This document shows, piece by piece, positions 13,601 to 20,087 of a DNA stretch of 20,087 nucleotides (positions are counted from its first letter, which is position 1; each line of letters opens with the position of its first letter). Both the position numbers and the translations under genes were made by a program. A model generated the notes under the pieces. That model saw only the letters and a list, made by a program, of their open reading frames with translations. It had not been told where the DNA came from and ran no database searches. Source of the stretch: Myxococcota bacterium (GTDB lineage: Bacteria > Myxococcota > JACRCW01); assembly GCA_040752415.1 (NCBI GenBank), contig JBFMGU010000198.1, forward strand, positions 1-20,087, in the 5' to 3' direction.

Positions 13601-16583
13601 CGACGACGACAACGACGGCCTGGTGGACGCCAGCGACAACTGCCCCGCCACCTCCAATGCCGCGCAGACCGACACCGACGGCGACGGCGTGGGCGACGCG
13701 TGCGACGTGTGCCCCAGCCACCTCAACCCCCGTCCCAGCTGCGGGTCCGACGCGGACTGCGCGCGCGCCGGCGGAACCTGCGTGGCCGGCTTTTGCTCCG
13801 GTCAGCCCGACGCCGACGCCGACGGACGGGGTGATGCCTGCGACAACTGTCCCGTCATCGCCAACACCCCGCCCACCTGCACCGACGCCGCCGCGTGCGA
13901 GGACGCGGGTGGCTCGTGCGGCCTGGATGGTCGCTGCGTGACCGGGCTGGATGGCGACGGAGATGGCGTGGGCAACGCGTGCGACAACTGCCCCGAGGCC
14001 CTGAACACCCAGCAGCAGGACACCGACCGCGACGGCCTGGGCGACGCGTGCAACGACACCTTTGACGCCGACGGCGACGAGATTGCCGATCAGCCCACCC
14101 CTGGCGAGCCCACCACCGACATCGACGACAACTGCCCGGGCGTGGCCAACGCCAACCAGGCCAACCTGGACGGGGACACGCTGGGCGACGCATGCGATCC
14201 CGACGTGGACGGCGACGGCATCCCGGAGAATTTCGACAACCAGGGTGAGCCGGGCGCCATCCCGTGCCTGGACGGCCAGACCACCAACTGCGACGACAAC
14301 TGCCCCACCGTGCCCAACCCCGAGCAGGCCGACCAGGATGGCGACAACTCCGGTGACGCGTGTGACGACGATGCCGACGGGGACGACGTCGAGGACACCC
14401 TGGATGTCTGCCCGGGCGTGGCCAACCCCGTGGAAGGTCCCACCGTGGTCAACGAGGTGGAGGCCACTCCCGGCGACAACGACGCCACCCCGCAGGACCT
14501 GGGCGCGCTCTCCGTGGGCGATGTGATGGAGGTGCGCGGTGTGCTCGTCGACGATGTGGCGGAGACGCTGGATGCCTACACAGTCCAGCTGGACTTCACC
14601 GTGCCGATGCTCGTGACCATCGACGACGACACCCTCGAGGTGGACGTGCCCGGCGGCGCGGAGCTGGAGGGCGGCGGGATTGAGCTGCTCCCGGATGCGT
14701 CCGGCCAGGTGGTCACCATCTCCGTGCGTCGCGGGTTGGGGGCGTCCGGGGCCATCAACTACGCGCTGACCCTGGCCAGCGGCGGACAGATGGACTCCGA
14801 CCTGGATGGCATGGGGGACATCTGCGACAACTGCGTGGTCACGCCCAACTCCGGTCGCGACAACGACGCCGACGGAATCGGCAACGCGTGCGACCCGTGC
14901 ATCATCCAGGCGGGCTCCTGCGCCGGGCTGGACGACGACAACGACACCGTCTGCAACGCCGGCGTGGCGGCCGCCACCGGCTGCGCCACCGACGAGGAGG
15001 GCGCGCAGCTGGAGGACAACTGCCCGGACCTGTTCAACCTGGACCAGGCCGACATCGACGCCGACGGCATGGGCGACGCCTGCGACGACGACAGCGACAA
15101 CGACGGCGTCCGCGACGACGGCGACGACAGCGGGGACCCCACCGACAATCCCTGCACCGGTGGCGCAAGGCTCAACTGCGACGACAACTGCCCGCTGGAC
15201 GCCAATGACAGCCAGGCCGACCTCGACGCCGACGGCGTGGGCGACGCGTGCAACAACGCCAGCGACGCCGACGGCGACGAGATTGACGACGGTCAGGACA
15301 ACTGCCTCGTGGTCTCCAACCCCGGCCAGGAGGACACCACCAACGCCACCCTGTCCGGCGACGCCTGTGACCGGGTGGATGCCGACAATGACGGTGTCTG
15401 CGTCGGCGCGGGGAACAACACGCTGTGCGCGGCCGGCGCGGGCGGACCACTGACCGACAACTGCTCCACCATCCCCAACGCGGACCAGGCCGACGCCGAC
15501 GCTGACGACGTGGGCGACGCGTGCGACGCCGACGACGACGATGATGGCATCTGCGACCCCGGCCAGCTCTCATCGTCGGCGGGGTGCGTGGGCTCCGACA
15601 ACTGCCCGCTGGTTCCCAACCCCGCCCAGGAGGACGCCGACGCCAACGGCGTGGGCGACGCGTGCGACGGCCAGGGCCCGTTCCTGCCCCAGGTCGACGA
15701 GGTGGAGCCCAACGGCACCGGCATTGGCCAGTCCATGGGCGTGCTGGCGCCGGGCATCCCGCTGCGCATTGTCGGCGACAACCAGGGCGCGGAGGCCGGC
15801 ATCTTCGGCGCCACCGACGTGGACATCTTCACCTTCGTGGTGCCCGTGGATGGCACGCTCCGGCTCCAGGCCAACTGGGCCGCGGGCGACGAGTACGACG
15901 TGGCGCCATTCCGCGCGCCGCCCTCGCTCGTCGAGTTCGAGGCATGGCTGAACGCTGGTGGCGTGGGGACGGACAACGGCGGCTACCTGCCCGCGCTTCC
16001 CGACGACGGGTCACTTCCCGGCTTCAGCGCGGACAGTGGTGTGGAGGTGGTGGACGTGCCGCTCATGGCCGGGGACCGCGTGAGCGTCCTGGTCCACGGC
16101 TACACGCCGGGCGTGCCCTATGAGCTGACCGTGCTCCTGGTTCCCGCCGACACCGAGCCCAATGGCGAGGACCTGACGCCGGCCAGCACGCTGCCCATCT
16201 ACCCGGACGTCCCCGCGCTGTACCGCGGAGACAACGACAACGTGGGAGAAGGCTTCTTCGGCAGCACCGACCGCGACGTCATCCGCGTCCAGGTCCGCGC
16301 CGCCGGCACGTTGCGGATCCGCCTGCAATGGACCGCGCAGGCCGACGACTACGACGTCCTTCCCTTTGCCGCGCCCATGGACTGGGCGGCGTGGGAGGCC
16401 TCCGCTGCCGCGGGCACCTATGACGGCGGCGGAATCCTCTCGCTGGATGGCGCCAACGTGACACCGGGCAGCGACGCGGTGGACCTGCCGGTGCAGGCCG
16501 GTGCCGTGCTGGATCTCGTCGTCCTCGGGTACGCGCCCGCGGATGCTCCCAACTATCAGCTGCTGCTGACGCTGGTTCCCTGA
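10689..16583 (+). CDS. Giant thrombospondin type-3 repeat lipoprotein with four PPC-like beta-sandwich domains
   Basis: ATG 10689 (or 10698): MRAYRGTFPLLIAGLMGC, with lipobox Cys at 10749. About 28 G[DN]xC-ending TSP3 units counted by eye. ExExN/EPN...YxLxL domains at about 10884-11264, 14430-14786, 15693-16145 and 16146-16580. Confidence 0.88.
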   Translation: MTTMRAYRGTFPLLIAGLMGCNAPSCKPPFDFPRPAPPGVPISGTVVIKSNLRPVLPKEAEPAPPITEQEDNNPPLFHDVGVLEPDTAGITITGAMNASTDLRDRFVFRLSRPASVTVTLRKTGGGGTVNTFLADGEQLADDGSNYLAVEPLDGVTATGFTRVLTKAGSPYLVHMRYLDDTGDISYELTLTATAGVVVGKVYVGAYEDARPAYLPDPLGNAKSPLGGAQAVLETSLQANGDLVGHFRELRVPADRAYFLFAYADNDGSNSSAPLNFAAGTPPMDPDFAARETVRVEVGRSAVDNVEIVIDSPITDPDWDGVSDLDTNGDGLPDDNCPLSPNEAQADLDTDGVGDACDNCPDTYNPAQDNTDGVGRGDACNSVPPGSATLPACPFLFNRQLRDCALDSDGDEYDDFHLECPVDTPCPHAELVKVINDTCPDTNSPVQDDNDGDAALTEGANLVPGTGGDPCDPDDDNDGIPDDADAQTTEPRPCAGGASANCDDNCPLLANVDQADRDNDGVGDVCDVCPDNHDPGQADSNGDARGDACSTDDDGDGLCDDASVSGGCAGVDNCPTVANPDQLDRDGDGLGDACDNCPENANGGVGAGGQVDRDNDGVGDLCDNCADDANPGQEDSDADGPGDACDPDSDGDGVAADGDGSGVAGDGRCATGNTTGCDDNCADVPNPDQADTDNDGLGDACDNCARVANASQTTQADRDGDGVGDDCDICPLVANPPPACNASNAAFACLNAGECDVDLGMCTQQLDTDQGVGTPPDGRGDACDPDDDDDGILDDGDQSGSTSDNPCTAGATTNCDDNCPLLANADQEDQDADGVGDACATDDDQDAIPDASDNCPGVANPSPECSSNEVCSAVNAGTCAASGYCTGQADLDNDGVGDACDRCPGALDARPACEADADCAAVGAGSCLAGRCTRAVDQDDDGVGDACDLCPTDADPAQSDADADLVGDACDTDDDNDGLVDASDNCPATSNAAQTDTDGDGVGDACDVCPSHLNPRPSCGSDADCARAGGTCVAGFCSGQPDADADGRGDACDNCPVIANTPPTCTDAAACEDAGGSCGLDGRCVTGLDGDGDGVGNACDNCPEALNTQQQDTDRDGLGDACNDTFDADGDEIADQPTPGEPTTDIDDNCPGVANANQANLDGDTLGDACDPDVDGDGIPENFDNQGEPGAIPCLDGQTTNCDDNCPTVPNPEQADQDGDNSGDACDDDADGDDVEDTLDVCPGVANPVEGPTVVNEVEATPGDNDATPQDLGALSVGDVMEVRGVLVDDVAETLDAYTVQLDFTVPMLVTIDDDTLEVDVPGGAELEGGGIELLPDASGQVVTISVRRGLGASGAINYALTLASGGQMDSDLDGMGDICDNCVVTPNSGRDNDADGIGNACDPCIIQAGSCAGLDDDNDTVCNAGVAAATGCATDEEGAQLEDNCPDLFNLDQADIDADGMGDACDDDSDNDGVRDDGDDSGDPTDNPCTGGARLNCDDNCPLDANDSQADLDADGVGDACNNASDADGDEIDDGQDNCLVVSNPGQEDTTNATLSGDACDRVDADNDGVCVGAGNNTLCAAGAGGPLTDNCSTIPNADQADADADDVGDACDADDDDDGICDPGQLSSSAGCVGSDNCPLVPNPAQEDADANGVGDACDGQGPFLPQVDEVEPNGTGIGQSMGVLAPGIPLRIVGDNQGAEAGIFGATDVDIFTFVVPVDGTLRLQANWAAGDEYDVAPFRAPPSLVEFEAWLNAGGVGTDNGGYLPALPDDGSLPGFSADSGVEVVDVPLMAGDRVSVLVHGYTPGVPYELTVLLVPADTEPNGEDLTPASTLPIYPDVPALYRGDNDNVGEGFFGSTDRDVIRVQVRAAGTLRIRLQWTAQADDYDVLPFAAPMDWAAWEASAAAGTYDGGGILSLDGANVTPGSDAVDLPVQAGAVLDLVVLGYAPADAPNYQLLLTLVP
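11631..15668 (+). repeat. Long TSP3 repeat array (DNCPxxxNPxQxDxDxDGxGDAC consensus) with inserted modules
   Basis: Recurrent gacggcgtgggcgacgcgtgcgac and gacaactgccc nucleotide motifs; Asp/Cys/Gly-rich translation. Confidence 0.92.
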
Positions 16584-16586
16584 CCC

Positions 16587-19500
16587 ATGGCGACGGACAT
16601 GAAGACCCCCATGCGTGCCTCGTCCTCCTCTGTGTTGCGTGTCGTCAACCTGCTGGCAGCGCTGCTCCTGCCCGCGTTGCTCCTCCTCCCGTCGACGGCT
16701 GGCGCGGTGACCACCACCGGTCGAATCACGGGCGCCGTGGTGGACCCCACCGGGCTCCCCGTCGAGGGCGCGGAGGTCACGCTCTCCGGGCCCAACCTCA
16801 TCGGCGGGCCGCGCACGGTGCGCACGTCACCGGAAGGAGAGTACCGGTTCATTGACCTGCCGCCCGGAATCTACGTCGTGGAGGTGAAGAGCGAGGGCTT
16901 CCGCGACACCCGCCAGGAGAACATCCAGGTGGCCGTGGGGCAGACCACGCAGGTGGACGTGGTGCTGGAGCCTCCCGTGGCCACCACGGCGGAAGCGTAC
17001 GTGGTGACCGCTGCGCCCTCGACGGTCGACACCGAGCGCACCCAGCTGGGCACGACCATCAACCAGCGCTTCACGTCGAGGGTCTACACCTCGCGCGACT
17101 ACCAGGGCATCGCCCTGATGGCGCCCGGCGTCCACAACTTCGCCGGCGGGTCCAGCAGCGACAACAACGCCTCCGGCAACCCGATCATCCACGGTGCCAA
17201 TCCGTACTCCAACCAGTACCTGCTGGATGGCATCAACACCACGGACCCTGTCACCAACACCTTCTCACGCAACTTCAACTTCGACGCCATCGAGGACACG
17301 GAGGTTCTCACCGGCGGTCGCGACGCGGAATATGGCGGCGCCACGGGAGGCGTCATCAACATCGTCACCAAGAGCGGCGGCAATGAGTTCACCGCCGACG
17401 GCTCCATCTACGTGTCCCCGGACACCAGTGAGCTGGCGCGGCGTGGCATCGTCAGTGGCGACAGCCCGTTCATCCCGGAAGGCCTGGGGCCGTATCGTCG
17501 GGGAGAGCTGCCCAGGCGCCAGAGCTCCATGGAGCTGAACCTCAATCTCGGTGGGCCGATCATCAAGGACAAGCTCTGGTTCTTCACCAGCAACCAGGTC
17601 ACCTACACGCAGGGTTCCATCGACGAGAGCAAGTTCCCCGGCGTGGGTGCGCACCCCGCGCGGGAGTTCCGCGGCTACTACGGCCTTCTCAAGCTGACCT
17701 ACCAGGCCAAGCCCTGGCAGCGCTTCCAGCTCATGATGCAGGGCGACCCCACCAGCATCAGCAACGACACGCAGTCACCCACCGTCCATCCCGACGCGGA
17801 GCGCCACCAGAACCAGGGCGGCGGTCTCGTGGTCCTCAGCGGTGACACCACCGTCGGGGAGCGCGTGTTGTTGAAGAACAAGCTGGGCCTTTTCAGCAGC
17901 TACATCCAGGTCTTCCCGGAGAGCGGCGACTTCGAGACACCGTCGGTGACCAACACCACCACGGGCACCACCATCGGCAACTCGCAATCGCTTTATCGGG
18001 ACACGCGCAACCGCATCCAGTACAGCCCGCAGCTCGTGGTGACCTGGGACCGGCTGCTGGGCACGCATGAATTCAAGCTGGGCATGGACGCCATGTTCGC
18101 CTGGAACCGCGTCTACGACGCCACTCCCGGCGGGCGCTACTACCTGGACACCGGCATTCCCGCCGACCTGACCCAGCGCGGCACGCCGGACCGGGAAGTG
18201 CGGCTGGTGGAAGCCCAGAACGCCGCCATCAACGGCGACACCATCGGCCTGTACGTCCAGGATGTGTGGAAGCCGTTCCGGACGCTGACCATCCGCCCGG
18301 GCCTCCGCTTTGACTCCTCACGCATGCGCAACGACCGCGCTGGCGACGTGCGCACGCTCATTGCCGACCCGCGCAACGCCGATGGCGTGGCGGGGTATGT
18401 GCAGGACCAGGCTGATGCGTTGGGCAACGTGTTCGACGCCACGATCATCCACCTGAACGCGCTGAGCCCGCGCATTGGTTTTGCGTGGGACCCCTTGGCG
18501 ACGGGACGCACCAACCTCCACGGCGGCTACTACCGCTACACCGACACCAGCTACCTCCTGTTCCCGTCGGCGGTGGGGCGGAGCACGCGGTATCGCCAGT
18601 ACGAGTACAACCCCGCCACCGGGCGCTACGACATCCCCGGCCGCGAGGAGGGCGGTGAGAGCGGCTTCCTGGTGAAGCCCGAGCTGTCTGGCTACAACCC
18701 GAAGCGTTCGCCCCGGCTGGAGGACGTGGACCTCTCCACGCCGTGGGAGCCCAGCATCCAGGGTTGGGACCCGCTGCAGGTGGTGACGGGGCACCACGTT
18801 CCCAAGACGGACGAGCTGGTGCTGGGCGCGAGCCAGGAGCTGGCGGAAGGGCTCAGCGTCTCCCTGGACGGCATCGCCCGCTACATCAGCAACCTCTACG
18901 AGGACGACGAAACCAACATCATCTGGGACGAGAAGGGCGAGCAGGTGGTGGGTTACCGCAACGGCAAGCCGCAGGTCGTCTACAGCCTGGGCACGCCCGA
19001 CGCCGCGTACCAGATCTACTACGGGTTCGACTTCAACCTCCGGAAACGCCTGACGGACCGCTTCGAGGGCATGATCAGCTACGCGTTCAGCGTGAACCGC
19101 GGCACCACCAACACGCCCTTCTCCGTGGCGTTCGACCGCGAGAAGCAGTTTGACAAGCTGTTCGGCTACGTCGAGTTCGACCGTCGCCACGTGCTGCGGA
19201 TCCTGGGCTACTACCACTTCCCGCTGGGCTTCATCGTCGGAGGGAACTTCAGCTACCTCTCGGGCTTGCCGTACAACAAGTTCAAGCAGAACCCGTTCTT
19301 TGGCGACTACGCCGACCTCGCCGCGCCGCGCGGTTATGACCCGGACAACCCCGGCAAGGAGCTGCGGATGCCGGACATCGTCGACACGAACCTGCGGCTG
19401 ATGTGGGATGCGGAGGAGCTGACCGGGCTCAGGCTGTGGCTGATCACGGACGTCTCGAACGTGTTGAACCTGCGCACGCCGCTGGAGCTTGAGGAGCGCG

Positions 19501-19592
19501 ACCTGCCCGCCGGCAGCGCCACCCAGTGGGGCGACGTGCTGAACACCCAGGCCCCCATCCAGTTCACGTTTGGCCTGAGGTTCCAGCACTGA
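16587..19592 (+). CDS. Oar-like TonB-dependent receptor with N-terminal carboxypeptidase-regulatory-like domain
   Basis: Signal peptide ending STAGA; GRITGAVVDPTGLPVEGAEVTL; TonB-box-like EAYVVTA; plug motifs YLLDG and AEYGGATGGVINIVTKSGGN; GGPIIKDKLWFF; LYVQDVW..LTIRPGLRFD; terminal strand FTFGLRFQH. Alternative starts at 16599 and 16611. Confidence 0.93.
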   Translation: MATDMKTPMRASSSSVLRVVNLLAALLLPALLLLPSTAGAVTTTGRITGAVVDPTGLPVEGAEVTLSGPNLIGGPRTVRTSPEGEYRFIDLPPGIYVVEVKSEGFRDTRQENIQVAVGQTTQVDVVLEPPVATTAEAYVVTAAPSTVDTERTQLGTTINQRFTSRVYTSRDYQGIALMAPGVHNFAGGSSSDNNASGNPIIHGANPYSNQYLLDGINTTDPVTNTFSRNFNFDAIEDTEVLTGGRDAEYGGATGGVINIVTKSGGNEFTADGSIYVSPDTSELARRGIVSGDSPFIPEGLGPYRRGELPRRQSSMELNLNLGGPIIKDKLWFFTSNQVTYTQGSIDESKFPGVGAHPAREFRGYYGLLKLTYQAKPWQRFQLMMQGDPTSISNDTQSPTVHPDAERHQNQGGGLVVLSGDTTVGERVLLKNKLGLFSSYIQVFPESGDFETPSVTNTTTGTTIGNSQSLYRDTRNRIQYSPQLVVTWDRLLGTHEFKLGMDAMFAWNRVYDATPGGRYYLDTGIPADLTQRGTPDREVRLVEAQNAAINGDTIGLYVQDVWKPFRTLTIRPGLRFDSSRMRNDRAGDVRTLIADPRNADGVAGYVQDQADALGNVFDATIIHLNALSPRIGFAWDPLATGRTNLHGGYYRYTDTSYLLFPSAVGRSTRYRQYEYNPATGRYDIPGREEGGESGFLVKPELSGYNPKRSPRLEDVDLSTPWEPSIQGWDPLQVVTGHHVPKTDELVLGASQELAEGLSVSLDGIARYISNLYEDDETNIIWDEKGEQVVGYRNGKPQVVYSLGTPDAAYQIYYGFDFNLRKRLTDRFEGMISYAFSVNRGTTNTPFSVAFDREKQFDKLFGYVEFDRRHVLRILGYYHFPLGFIVGGNFSYLSGLPYNKFKQNPFFGDYADLAAPRGYDPDNPGKELRMPDIVDTNLRLMWDAEELTGLRLWLITDVSNVLNLRTPLELEERDLPAGSATQWGDVLNTQAPIQFTFGLRFQH

Positions 19593-19621
19593 TGCGCGTG
19601 CGGCAGGTCCTGGCAGCGTTG

Positions 19622-19768
19622 GTGGCGCGGAGTTCGTCGACGAGAGCCCACCCTGCACCTGTGGCTGGAACATTCCCCTTCTTGCGGTTCCCACCCCTTG
19701 TGGCGCAGACATTCCTGTCTGTGAGGAGCAAGCGGTCCCATCCTGTGGCGCGGACATTCCTGTCTGTG
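19622..19768 (+). repeat. REP-like GTGG-tagged palindromic repeats: two near-identical and two degenerate copies
   Basis: tgtggcgcagacattcctgtctgtg (19699-19723) and tgtggcgcggacattcctgtctgtg (19744-19768) form the hairpin CAGACA-ttcc-TGTCTG. Degenerate copies: gtggctggaacattcc (19661) and gtggcgcggagttc (19622). Confidence 0.75.
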
Positions 19769-19805
19769 GGGGCCGCGCGTTCATTCGCCCTCGTCGGGAG
19801 CGGCC

Positions 19806-20087
19806 GTGTTTGAAGGCTTTGGCGGCACGCATGAGCGGGTGGCCCGTCGACGCCTGGGCGGTGTTGGCGCGTCCTTGCTCGTCCACGGCGCGCTCCTGGT
19901 CGGTCTGCTCGCCCTGACCGCGCGCGACGATGCCCAGCAGCTCGTGGAAGACGCCATCCCGGTGCTCTTCTACGCGCCGCCGCCTCCACCTCCGCCGCCT
20001 CCACCTCCCCCTGCCGGCGGTGGCGGTGCACGTCCTCCGCGTCGGAGCCCGCCCAAGGTGACGCAGCTCCAGCCGCCGGTGGTGCAG
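19806..20087 (+). CDS. tonB: Energy transducer TonB-family protein, 5' part only (runs off the right edge)
   Basis: Absent from the ORF track. GGGAG RBS at 19796-19800 and GTG at 19806: MFEGFGGTHERVARRRLGGVGASLLVHGALLVGLLAL...FYA(P)12AGGGG. The TM helix has the TonB S-x3-H motif, followed by a Pro-rich spacer, directly downstream of a TonB-dependent receptor. Confidence 0.85.
   Translation, partial: MFEGFGGTHERVARRRLGGVGASLLVHGALLVGLLALTARDDAQQLVEDAIPVLFYAPPPPPPPPPPPPAGGGGARPPRRSPPKVTQLQPPVVQ

Noticed and set aside
10599..13721. 1040-aa antisense ORF, and similar ones at 2442-4307, 4251-5765, 7264-8616, 11774-13318 and 18318-19886
   Set aside because: These are shadow frames of well-supported genes. 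High GC and repetitive GAC/GGC codons suppress stops, and the translations have no recognisable motifs.
12099..15250. Paralogous segments as a possible DGR template/variable repeat pair
   Set aside because: Differences are not confined to adenines, both copies are in-frame coding sequence, and no reverse transcriptase is present.
11631..15668. Many CxxC motifs (CDNC, CDVC) as possible heme or Fe-S sites
   Set aside because: None is CxxCH. They are junctions between consecutive TSP3 units and are expected to form disulfides.
19622..19768. Possible mini-CRISPR array
   Set aside because: There are only two good copies, the intervening segments are 14-20 nt and partly similar to each other, and no cas genes are present. 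REP-like repeats fit better.
19977..20012. Twelve consecutive Pro codons including a 15-bp direct repeat
   Set aside because: This is the normal Pro-rich periplasmic spacer of TonB proteins, not a phase-variation tract.

Overview
High-GC bacterial DNA, most likely Myxococcota (inferred from a MYXO-CTERM-type tail, DAG-rich and Ser-rich linkers, small 4-Cys modules and an Oar-like TonB-dependent receptor). The left part is a minus-strand mutS gene followed directly by an SbcD/Mre11-family nuclease, then the 5' end of an acidic, Pro-rich gene running off the window. Next come a pentaheme c-type cytochrome with a myxosortase-type tail, an MBL-fold hydrolase, a modular lipoprotein (CBM-like, FN3, LamG, thrombospondin type-3 repeats, lectin-like C-terminus) and a lone CopZ-like chaperone. 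The right half is an apparent operon: a giant (~1960 aa) thrombospondin type-3 (TSP3) lipoprotein, an Oar-like TonB-dependent receptor and a partial tonB. A small REP-like array, spanned by an in-frame bridging ORF, lies between the last two genes. The best candidate for an undescribed system is this lipoprotein + receptor + TonB locus, whose repeats carry modules and a whole domain inserted at fixed positions. No tRNA, rRNA, CRISPR array or transposase was recognised. All domain calls are by-eye motif recognition, not database searches.
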